This document shows positions 56,677 to 64,000 of a stretch of DNA of 64,000 bases, piece by piece; position 1 is the stretch's first letter; the number at the start of each line of letters is the position of its first letter. Made by a program: the position numbers and the translations under genes. The DNA lies in IMG/VR virus record IMGVR_UViG_3300007734_000747; one strand, written 5' to 3'. The notes under the pieces were generated by a model that was not told the origin of the DNA, did not search any database, and was given only the letters and a program-made list of their open reading frames with translations. The DNA comes from an uncultured virus (IMG/VR IMGVR_UViG_3300007734_000747) (lineage: Duplodnaviria > Heunggongvirae > Uroviricota > Caudoviricetes).

Positions 56677-56887
56677 TGATTCAATAGCAGAAAGAGAAAT
56701 GCAAAAAGTTTATCGGTTGAATGGGATTTTATATTTACCGCACTATCAAAGTTCCAAGAAAAATATTTACGTGTCACCCGCTTACGGTCAATCGAATTGG
56801 ACAGAATACACCGAGATGGAGCTAGTTTGTTTAGGTGCAACGCGTGGTGAAGAATACTTATTGGTTAGAAGAAGAGAGGAGAAATAA
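56669..56887 (+). CDS. Hypothetical protein
   Basis: Probable ATG at 56669 with GAGG RBS. Confidence 0.55.
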   Translation: MTSDSIAEREMQKVYRLNGILYLPHYQSSKKNIYVSPAYGQSNWTEYTEMELVCLGATRGEEYLLVRRREEK

Positions 56888-56888
56888 C

Positions 56889-57092
56889 ATGTCAGAGATA
56901 CTACCGCACCGCGAATACATTGCTAAGTTCTTAGCACAACAAGAGCCGTTGATTGGCAAGATCGAAGCCATCATGACTAACGAAGGCGAACACATTGATT
57001 TATCTAACATGACAGACGCAGAAGCCAAGATCGCCGCTGAGTATTTTATGTTATTGGGTGTGCCAACTTTCACTGGGAAGTCTGGAAAATGA
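56889..57092 (+). CDS. Hypothetical protein
   Basis: Probable ATG at 56889 with AGGAG RBS. Confidence 0.6.
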   Translation: MSEILPHREYIAKFLAQQEPLIGKIEAIMTNEGEHIDLSNMTDAEAKIAAEYFMLLGVPTFTGKSGK

Positions 57093-57295
57093 TGATATTA
57101 GAAACCATTACGTATAGGCACGTACTCGATTGGATACACGACACATGGGCTAGATCATTAGCGGCTGTGGCTATGTTCTTTATTGGGTGGGCGATAGGCC
57201 AAGTGCAAACCGAGAGCCGCATCATTGGTGACTGTAAATACGCAGGAGCCTTTCGTGTGGAACAACAAGCGTTTATGTGTCAGAGGAGAATTTAA
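57089..57295 (+). CDS. Small membrane protein
   Basis: TM helix and two Cys; coupled. Confidence 0.6.
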   Translation: MMILETITYRHVLDWIHDTWARSLAAVAMFFIGWAIGQVQTESRIIGDCKYAGAFRVEQQAFMCQRRI

Positions 57296-57549
57296 TGGAT
57301 AAGTTTATGAAAGATAATTTTATTGAAGACATGGCAAGTGTGAATCGCGTTGAAGGTATAACAGCAGATTACGTTTGGTATCAATCACAGATTCTTACCA
57401 ACAAGATGAAAGAATGGCAGTTAGAGTTTGATAGGGTAGTGGGCGTAATGGAAGCGCGTCATAAAGAACACTTAAAAATTATAAGTGACTTACTTGACGA
57501 GATTAAAAAACTAAAGGAGAAAGCAAATGAAAGCATTTCCAAATCATAG
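57295..57549 (+). CDS. Small coiled-coil protein
   Basis: TAATG coupling; AGGAG RBS. Confidence 0.6.
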   Translation: MDKFMKDNFIEDMASVNRVEGITADYVWYQSQILTNKMKEWQLEFDRVVGVMEARHKEHLKIISDLLDEIKKLKEKANESISKS

Positions 57550-57703
57550 AAGCGAAGGCATGGAGCTACGTGATTACTTTGCGGCGAAGGCTATGCAGGG
57601 AATTATGTCCAAAGAATATTTTGATGGTTCGTACAGTGAAGTTGCTGAGTACGCTTACAAAATGGCAGACGCGATGATGAAGGCGAGGGAGAAGAATGAC
57701 TAA
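57527..57703 (+). CDS. 58-aa conserved phage protein (not in the ORF track)
   Basis: MKAFP..GMELRDYFAAKAMQG...AYKMADAMMKAR, a widespread small phage family. Confidence 0.8.
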   Translation: MKAFPNHRSEGMELRDYFAAKAMQGIMSKEYFDGSYSEVAEYAYKMADAMMKAREKND

Positions 57704-58013
57704 CGAAGACATTATCAGAATGGCGCGTGAAGCATTAAAAGAAGATGACGGAGAGGATTATTACGCTTACACGCATCAAATAATACATTGGTGGGGTAAA
57801 GAAGATGAAATCGTAAAGTTTGCTCAATTAATCGCAGCAGCAGAGCGCAACCGCACATGGACTCAAAATCATTGGACGGAGTACGAGCGCAGCATTGCAG
57901 CAGAAGAGCGCGAAGCGTGTGCGAAGTTAATGGGTGAGTTAACTTGTATGGGCGATGCCAAAGAATGTTTTGAGGTAGCTGCAACATATATCCGCGCAAG
58001 GGGGCAACAATGA
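57696..58013 (+). CDS. Hypothetical protein
   Basis: MTNEDIIRMAREA...EREACAK...IRARG, a common phage pattern. Confidence 0.7.
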   Translation: MTNEDIIRMAREALKEDDGEDYYAYTHQIIHWWGKEDEIVKFAQLIAAAERNRTWTQNHWTEYERSIAAEEREACAKLMGELTCMGDAKECFEVAATYIRARGQQ

Positions 58014-58483
58014 TTACTTTCACACGCGATGAAGCACAGAAACTTTTAGACACGTTAGCCGAAGCAATAGACGCGCAGCAATGGGAGATTGATAACCATA
58101 TAAAAACTTATGGTGAATGGTATAGACCCAAGCGTGTTGAGTACATGAGAGACGCATTAGCTAACACACTAAGAACAGTTGAACTACTTAGCCATAAATT
58201 AAACACGCCACAACGCGAGCCGATTACCCCTAGTGGTGGTGGCGGTAGTGGAGAGCCTACGGTAGATGGATGGCCTTTATGGTCAGGATTGCCACAGCAA
58301 AAGAAACCTGTCGTAGATAAATCAATGGCTAAGCGTATTGCTACACAACTAGGGTGGGAGCCGAAGCGCGAATGGATTGATCTAACAGATAAAGAGATTG
58401 GCGAGATATTTAGAGCGGGTTGGTCAAACAACATGGATTTCGCGCGCGCGATTCTAGCCAAGTCAAAGGAGAAGAACACATGA
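58010..58483 (+). CDS. Hypothetical protein (mosaic)
   Basis: C-terminal REWIDLTDKEI...FARAI..K.KEKN module. Confidence 0.7.
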   Translation: MITFTRDEAQKLLDTLAEAIDAQQWEIDNHIKTYGEWYRPKRVEYMRDALANTLRTVELLSHKLNTPQREPITPSGGGGSGEPTVDGWPLWSGLPQQKKPVVDKSMAKRIATQLGWEPKREWIDLTDKEIGEIFRAGWSNNMDFARAILAKSKEKNT

Positions 58484-58836
58484 GTGATCGAATGAAAAAC
58501 GCGCTTGAGTTAGCAGACAAGTGTTGGAAGAAAGCGAACAGCACTTCCCCAGAATTTGTAGAAGAGTATCTGACATACGCAGAAAAACTATTGATGTCTA
58601 AGCCTTACATACGTGGCGATGAGTTCAGATCATTTTGCCATCAGCATGGTTTAGCGCGTCCTGCAAACTTGCATCCTAACGTATGGGTTTCTGGTGTAAG
58701 AGCTTTAGGTATCATGGGTTGGATACACCCAATGCAAAAAGTGTCTCCAGAACAATCTCACAACCACATGCCTAGCGTTACTCTTTGGCGAAGCAATATA
58801 TACGATGGAGGGAAAAACAATGAACCCCAAGTATGA
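58480..58836 (+). CDS. Hypothetical protein
   Basis: Probable ATG at 58480 (ATGA overlap). Confidence 0.65.
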   Translation: MSDRMKNALELADKCWKKANSTSPEFVEEYLTYAEKLLMSKPYIRGDEFRSFCHQHGLARPANLHPNVWVSGVRALGIMGWIHPMQKVSPEQSHNHMPSVTLWRSNIYDGGKNNEPQV

Positions 58837-59044
58837 CATTGTTGATGTACTGAACGAACCGTGGAAGTTCTATCCAGCTAACTTTGAAACGGCTATGAGG
58901 GCGAATGCTTTTTACTCAGGGCTATGTCAGGAGGCGGCTGAGGAAATAAAAAAACTACGTGACTCATCACAAAGTGTCACAAACAGTAATTATCCGACGA
59001 GTGGTATACCCGCGATCAAAGTAGAAGACCTAGGAAAGATATGA
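58820..59044 (+). CDS. Hypothetical protein
   Basis: Probable ATG at 58820 with GGAGG RBS. Confidence 0.55.
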   Translation: MNPKYDIVDVLNEPWKFYPANFETAMRANAFYSGLCQEAAEEIKKLRDSSQSVTNSNYPTSGIPAIKVEDLGKI

Positions 59045-59196
59045 GACAAGCAGCCAGATCACAAGCGCAAGCGCGAATAGCCAAGACTGTAGCGGTGAGC
59101 AACGCTAAATTTAAAAGGGATATGAAAGAACATTTATTAAAACACAGTAGGCTACGCGCCGAAGAAGTTCATCAGATACAAGGAAAAGATAAGTGA
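59041..59196 (+). CDS. 51-aa basic protein (not in the ORF track)
   Basis: MRQAARSQAQ...QGKDK*; ATGA and GTGA overlaps on both sides. Confidence 0.55.
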   Translation: MRQAARSQAQARIAKTVAVSNAKFKRDMKEHLLKHSRLRAEEVHQIQGKDK

Positions 59197-61070
59197 GTTT
59201 AATCACGCTAGATTTCGAGACATACTACTCAAACGACTTTGGGTTTAGAACGCTGACGACTGAAGAATACATTCGTGGAAAAGAATTTCAGGAGATAGGT
59301 GTAGGCATCAAGATCGATGATGCGCCGGCGTATTGGCTTTCAGGTACGCATGAAGTGTTAAAGAAACACCTAGAGGGTCTTACTGATTGGACGGACTCAG
59401 CATTGCTGTGCCATAACACTATCTTTGATGGCGCGATACTTGGCTGGCGGTTCGGGGTGTACCCCGCCTTCTTCTTGGACACACTGAGCATGGCACGCGC
59501 GCTCCACGGTGTTGATGCGGGGGGTTCTTTGAAAGCGTTGGCTGAGCGTTACGAGTTAGGTAAGAAAGGAACAGAGGTTGATGATGCCAAGGGTAAACGA
59601 CTTGAAGACTTCACGGCGGCTGACCTTAAACAGTATGGCGAGTATTGCAAGAATGACTGTGAGCTGACACACAAGTTGTTCAGTGTCATGGTGTCCGAGT
59701 TCCCCGAGGATGAGGCAAAACTTATTGATATGACGTTAAGGATGTTCATAATCCCGGGATTTGAGGTAGATGATGCGTTGCTAGTACAACGCTTAGAAGA
59801 CTTGAAGAAAGAGAAGAACGATCTCCTAGCCACCCTAAAAGAAGAGTTGAAATGTGATGATGAAGAAGCTGTTAGGAAAAAGTTGGCAAGCAATAAGCAG
59901 TTTGCTGAACTACTTAGTAAGCTTGACCCACCAGTATTTGCCCCACTCAAGATTAGCCCAGTTACAGGAAAAGAGACGTTTGCACTGGCAAAAAACGACG
60001 AAGGGTTTATTGCACTTTCGGAACATGAAAATCCACTCGTTCAGCAGCTCTGCGCTGTCAGACTTGGAACTAAATCAACTTTGGAAGAATCTCGCATCGC
60101 ACGATTCATTGACATCGGAAAGAGAAATAGAGGGTTACTCCCCATCCCCCTTAAATATTACGGCGCACACACAGGACGGTGGAGCGGTAGCGATAAAGTT
60201 AACTTCCAAAACCTTCCTAGTCGAGATAAGAAGAAGAAGACGCTTAAAAATGCCGTACTCGCACCCAGAGGAAATGTGGTTATTAACTGTGATTCCTCCC
60301 AAATTGAAGCAAGGGTGTTGGCTTGGCTATCCGGACAAGACGATGTTGTACGACAGTTCGCTTCAGGTGAAGACGTATATTCTATCTTTGCTTCCAAAGT
60401 CTATAACCGACCCATAACTAAGGCTGACCCTGTTGAGAGATTTGTTGGCAAGACATGCGTGCTGGGGCTAGGGTATGGCACTGGCTGGAGAAAGTTACAG
60501 CACACGCTAAAGACACAGCCGCCCGGGGCTGTGATAGATGATGAGGAATGTCAGAACATAGTTAAACTTTATCGAGATGTTAACAGCGATATCATTGAGC
60601 TATGGAAAGACTCTGACAATATGTTAGAGGCCATGTGCAATTGGGACAGCAAGAGTAAAGAGTATTACTTAGGCGAACACAAAGTGTTGCGGGTTAAGAA
60701 GGAAGGTATCGAGCTACCCAATGGCCTAATGATTCGTTACCCCAACCTACGGTATGACACAGAAGGCGAGAAGTCTCAGTACAAGTACAAGTCTAGGCGG
60801 GGCGAGATAAGTATCTGGGGTGGGGCAGTCGTTGAGAACGTAGTCCAAGCGTTGGCTAGAATAGTTGTAGGCGAACAGATGTTAGCTATCAATGAACGCT
60901 ATCGGGTCGTGCTGACTGTGCATGATGCAGCAGTGATTATCGTTCCAGAGAATGAGCGCGAGCGCGCTATGGAATTTATCATTGAGAAGATGTCCACACC
61001 ACCTGATTGGGCTAAGACTTTACCTGTTGCGTGCGAAGCGAAATGGGGGCATAGTTATGGAGAATGTTAA
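59193..61070 (+). CDS. polA: DNA polymerase, family A, with 3'-5' exonuclease
   Basis: ExoI DFETY; HTGRWSG..NFQNLP; motif A DSSQIEAR; motif B RFVGKTCVLGLGYG; motif C VHDA. Confidence 0.95.
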   Translation: MSLITLDFETYYSNDFGFRTLTTEEYIRGKEFQEIGVGIKIDDAPAYWLSGTHEVLKKHLEGLTDWTDSALLCHNTIFDGAILGWRFGVYPAFFLDTLSMARALHGVDAGGSLKALAERYELGKKGTEVDDAKGKRLEDFTAADLKQYGEYCKNDCELTHKLFSVMVSEFPEDEAKLIDMTLRMFIIPGFEVDDALLVQRLEDLKKEKNDLLATLKEELKCDDEEAVRKKLASNKQFAELLSKLDPPVFAPLKISPVTGKETFALAKNDEGFIALSEHENPLVQQLCAVRLGTKSTLEESRIARFIDIGKRNRGLLPIPLKYYGAHTGRWSGSDKVNFQNLPSRDKKKKTLKNAVLAPRGNVVINCDSSQIEARVLAWLSGQDDVVRQFASGEDVYSIFASKVYNRPITKADPVERFVGKTCVLGLGYGTGWRKLQHTLKTQPPGAVIDDEECQNIVKLYRDVNSDIIELWKDSDNMLEAMCNWDSKSKEYYLGEHKVLRVKKEGIELPNGLMIRYPNLRYDTEGEKSQYKYKSRRGEISIWGGAVVENVVQALARIVVGEQMLAINERYRVVLTVHDAAVIIVPENERERAMEFIIEKMSTPPDWAKTLPVACEAKWGHSYGEC

Positions 61071-61086
61071 CTAAAAGGCGTCCTAT

Positions 61087-61743
61087 ATGAACCCCATTAA
61101 ATGGTCTTTTTCAAGTCTTAAGCAGTACATCAATTGCCCTAAACAATATCATGAAGTTAAAGTTCTTAAAAAATACGACACGATACCTACACAACAAATG
61201 CGCTACGGTACGGATGTACATAGCGCGTTGGAGAACTACGCGAAGGACGGTACAGCGTTACCCCACAACTACAAGCGGTTTGCGAGTATGGTTGACCCGT
61301 TGTTGGAGATCGATGGTACGCGGTATATTGAGCATCGAATGGCGTTAGATGAGAACAAACAGCCTTGTTCGTGGGGTAAAGGTTATTGGGTGCGCGGTAT
61401 CGTTGACTTCATGGTAATAGAAGGCGACACAGCGTTCATCGTTGACTACAAGACAGGCAGCGACAAGTACCCTGATCTAAAACAGTTACGACTGATGGCA
61501 CTGATGACGTTTGCGCACTTTCCAGAAGTTAATCGGGTTAAGGCGGGGCTGATGTTTATCTTGCATAATAACTTCATACCGGAAGAGTATACGAGGGAGC
61601 AGTGTGAGTCCTTATGGGATAACTTTACGCTTGATATAGCGCGTTTGACAGTGTCTTATGAGAACGACACATGGCAGATGAATCCTACGCCGCTATGTGG
61701 ATGGTGTCCTGTTACTACATGTGAGCATCACAGAAGCCGATGA
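61087..61743 (+). CDS. Cas4/RecB-like PD-(D/E)xK exonuclease
   Basis: SFSSL..CPK, GIVD, IVDYKTG, QL, C-terminal CGWCP..C. Confidence 0.88.
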   Translation: MNPIKWSFSSLKQYINCPKQYHEVKVLKKYDTIPTQQMRYGTDVHSALENYAKDGTALPHNYKRFASMVDPLLEIDGTRYIEHRMALDENKQPCSWGKGYWVRGIVDFMVIEGDTAFIVDYKTGSDKYPDLKQLRLMALMTFAHFPEVNRVKAGLMFILHNNFIPEEYTREQCESLWDNFTLDIARLTVSYENDTWQMNPTPLCGWCPVTTCEHHRSR

Positions 61744-61952
61744 AGATGATAAGACTTTTGAGGTTAAAAGGGTTTGATAGATCACCACTTATGCCAGAAG
61801 CGGGTATTACAAAAGGTGGTATGAACGAAGAAGCTCAGTCTAAGTGGAAGTACGCGCACATACGGATGCCATTTGATTACTCAGACGAAAGCATACATAA
61901 CAACAATATACATGGAGCGAAAGATGCCTTTACTGACAGCGAGCGCGTTTAA
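61740..61952 (+). CDS. Hypothetical protein
   Basis: 70 aa; ATGA overlap. Confidence 0.45.
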   Translation: MKMIRLLRLKGFDRSPLMPEAGITKGGMNEEAQSKWKYAHIRMPFDYSDESIHNNNIHGAKDAFTDSERV

Positions 61953-62193
61953 AGCGGAAGCACTTAAAATATTAGATGATATTTTTAAACATGAATACCG
62001 GCGCTCAAAAGAACTTAACGCAGAAGTACACTGCGCCCTCCCCTTCAGAATCGAAAAGATTGTTGAGGAAAGTTCGGGGCAACTTACAGAAATTGCGTAG
62101 GCAGGATGAGGGGCTAAGCAATGAGTACATCCACGGGGGTAACCAGAAGACATCTATGGAATATGTGGATAAGAAAACGGGAGGGGTTAACCA

Positions 62194-62391
62194 ATGAGCT
62201 GGTACACCACGTTAGAAGACTTCCATGCAGCAACACGACAGAACGCACGCAATAAGTATTTAATAAATAGGTATCAAAGAAAGTTAAAGGGGTTAAGTAA
62301 TGAACGAGTACACGAAAGCAACCGAGTACACGAAAGCATTAGCAGCATCGATGAACGAAACACAGAGAGTATTAACCGAAGCTTTGGCTAG
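62194..62391 (+). CDS. Hypothetical protein (one of several overlapping small ORFs at 61873-62485)
   Basis: GGAGG RBS; which of the overlapping ORFs are real is unclear. Confidence 0.4.
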   Translation: MSWYTTLEDFHAATRQNARNKYLINRYQRKLKGLSNERVHESNRVHESISSIDERNTESINRSFG

Positions 62392-62453
62392 AAACTTTTG
62401 GGCGGTAGTTCGCCGCGATAAAGAAGAGAATAACAAAATTCATGGAGTGCAAC

Positions 62454-62708
62454 ATGGCATACACGAAGACACCAAGACCCTATAAGAAAGAGTACCAACA
62501 AGAGTTGGCTCGGGGTGAACATGACGACCGCATGGAGCGCCAGCGTGCTAGGCGTGAGATGGATAAGAAAGGCGTTAGCCGAAAGGGTAAGGACGTGGCT
62601 CACGTCAAAGCGTTGTCCAAAGGCGGCAGCAATGCAGACGGAGTGCGCTTAGAATCCCCGCACAAGAATCGCAGTTTTAAACGCAAGTCTGATGGATCAA
62701 TGAAGTAA
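62454..62708 (+). CDS. Small HNH-endonuclease-like protein
   Basis: GKDVAHVKALSKGGSN...SPHKNRS; probable ATG at 62454 with GGAG RBS. Confidence 0.7.
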   Translation: MAYTKTPRPYKKEYQQELARGEHDDRMERQRARREMDKKGVSRKGKDVAHVKALSKGGSNADGVRLESPHKNRSFKRKSDGSMK

Positions 62709-62716
62709 AGTTTTAG

Positions 62717-62745
62717 TTGACATTATTATTGTCATGCCGTAAGGT
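62717..62745 (+). promoter_or_regulatory. Candidate promoter with overlapping palindrome
   Basis: TTGACA-17-TAAGGT; TGACA-N7-TGTCA inverted repeat over the -35. Confidence 0.6.
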
Positions 62746-62894
62746 GTGGGTGGGTTGGGGTTTTACTAGATTTTCCCCCTGTAAACTACATCAGTTACTT
62801 AGTGCCTCCTCCTTTCAGGTACTCGCTTATGGGCACGGATGTAACCGACTAGCCCCCGCAAGGGGCTACAGTTCAAATTTATAGTGAGGTCAAA

Positions 62895-64000
62895 GTGCAA
62901 GACATTAAGTTTACAGTCGTAGATAACGCAGCTTTACAGTTCAGAACGTCAAACACAGATGCAGATCACATACTTACCTACGTTGAGAAGTGTGAGATTT
63001 TAGATAGAACCGATGACGAGACAGAGCTTCTTGTTTATTGGGGTCATGACGAGATGTCATTCATAGCTGAGTCCTTCAGCTATAACAGTTTACCCTCACC
63101 CATGCTGCGCGACTACAAGTGGCCCGGACTATATACGCCGTTCGACCACCAGAAAACTACTGCCTCATTCCTAGCTAGTAGACGCCGCGCGTTCTGTTTC
63201 AACGAGGCGGGTACAGGCAAGACATCATCAATCATCTGGGCGGCAGACTATTTAATGAGCTTGGGGTTGGTCAAACGCGTGCTTGTCGTGTGTCCGTTGA
63301 CGATTATGTATTCAGCATGGCAAGCAGATATATTTAAGACCGCTATGCACAGGTCGGCTGGAGTGGCATACGGTTCGGCTGACAAGCGTAAAAAGATTCT
63401 TAAGGGTGAGTATGACTTCATCATCACCAACTACGACGGGGTAGGTATATTAGCTGATGATATAAATCGCGGTGGCTTTGATCTAATAGTTGTTGATGAG
63501 GCCAACGCCTACAAGTCTACAAGCACTGTGCGTTGGAAGATATTAGCGAAGTTAATTAAACCTGAGACACGGCTATGGATGCTGACAGGTACACCCGCAT
63601 CACAGTCACCCCTTGATGCGTTTGGCTTAGCGCGTTTGATCTCACCAAGCAAGGTTCCTAAGTACAGCACAGCGTGGCGTGACAAAGTAATGCAGCAAGT
63701 CACACGGTTCAAGTGGCTACCCAGACCTTCAGCTAAACAAATAGTGTTTGACGCGTTGCAGCCCGCAGTTAGGTTCACGAAGGCAGAGTGTCTTGATCTG
63801 CCAGATGTTCTTCATCAAACGCGGGAAGTGCCGTTGACGCAGCAAGCTGCTAAATACTATAAGAAACTAAAAGACGACATGCTGATTGAAGCTGCGGGCG
63901 AACAAGTGTCAGCGGTGAACGCAGCAGCAATGCTGAGTAAGCTCCTTCAAGTATCAGGCGGTGCGGTATACACAGATACTAGGGAAGTAATTGAGTTCGA
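62895..64000 (+). CDS. SNF2-family helicase (3' truncated; not in the ORF track)
   Basis: GTG start with GAGGT RBS; open to the window end; PFDHQ, NEAGTGKT, LVVCP, VVDEAN, LTGTP motifs. Confidence 0.92.
   Translation, partial: MQDIKFTVVDNAALQFRTSNTDADHILTYVEKCEILDRTDDETELLVYWGHDEMSFIAESFSYNSLPSPMLRDYKWPGLYTPFDHQKTTASFLASRRRAFCFNEAGTGKTSSIIWAADYLMSLGLVKRVLVVCPLTIMYSAWQADIFKTAMHRSAGVAYGSADKRKKILKGEYDFIITNYDGVGILADDINRGGFDLIVVDEANAYKSTSTVRWKILAKLIKPETRLWMLTGTPASQSPLDAFGLARLISPSKVPKYSTAWRDKVMQQVTRFKWLPRPSAKQIVFDALQPAVRFTKAECLDLPDVLHQTREVPLTQQAAKYYKKLKDDMLIEAAGEQVSAVNAAAMLSKLLQVSGGAVYTDTREVIEF

Larger units (their letters stand above)
1..64000. mobile_element. Tailed bacteriophage genome (near-complete, permuted; podovirus-like)
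   Basis: Terminase, portal, scaffold, major capsid, tail and lysis genes on the minus strand; DNA polymerase, helicase, primase and nucleases on the plus strand; dense genes with overlapping start/stop codons; no host housekeeping genes. Confidence 0.97.

Noticed and set aside
61087..61743. Cas4-like gene as evidence of a CRISPR system
   Set aside because: Standalone Cas4/RecB-like nucleases next to the DNA polymerase are routine phage replication genes.
1..64000. Stop-codon reassignment
   Set aside because: Core genes are intact under the standard code, and TAG, TGA and TAA all end genes at sensible junctions.
1..64000. Prophage integration features (integrase, att sites, host flanks)
   Set aside because: None seen; both window ends fall inside phage replication genes.

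Overview
The window is most of a circularly permuted dsDNA tailed-phage genome with podovirus-like organisation (P22-type portal, tail-tubular and ejection proteins, no tape-measure gene). It has two arms. The minus-strand late arm (45296 to 4742) carries terS, terL, portal, GroES, scaffold, major capsid, a block of small basic virion proteins, adaptor/tail proteins, two Gly-rich fibres, lysis genes, two GNATs and three ejection-type proteins, one of 2173 aa. The plus-strand early/replication arm (45704 to 64000, apparently continuing at 1-4745) carries many small early genes, a DUF3150-like/MoxR-AAA/vWA-peptidase triad, VRR-NUC, family A DNA polymerase, a Cas4-like exonuclease, an HNH-like protein, SNF2 helicase, an SSB-like protein, an HTH protein and a primase-helicase. 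I saw no integrase, tRNA, reverse transcriptase or cas operon. The most unusual signals are: (1) three tandem ~83-nt structured RNA-like units (1415-1654) with a conserved GGGGGAAAA...GAGUACCCCACC base and variable interiors, whose conserved parts are complementary to the leader of the helicase gene (62717-62895); (2) nine copies of a TTAWWTAR-N3-TTCA-N8-TGAA site across the early region; (3) a predicted kissing-loop RNA downstream of the capsid gene; (4) short peptide tags (xGG, DGxAxxGKT, NKFNGY) shared by many putative virion-internal proteins; (5) an iteron/IHF-type origin-like region. Product calls come from motif recognition and gene order by eye; no database searches were run.
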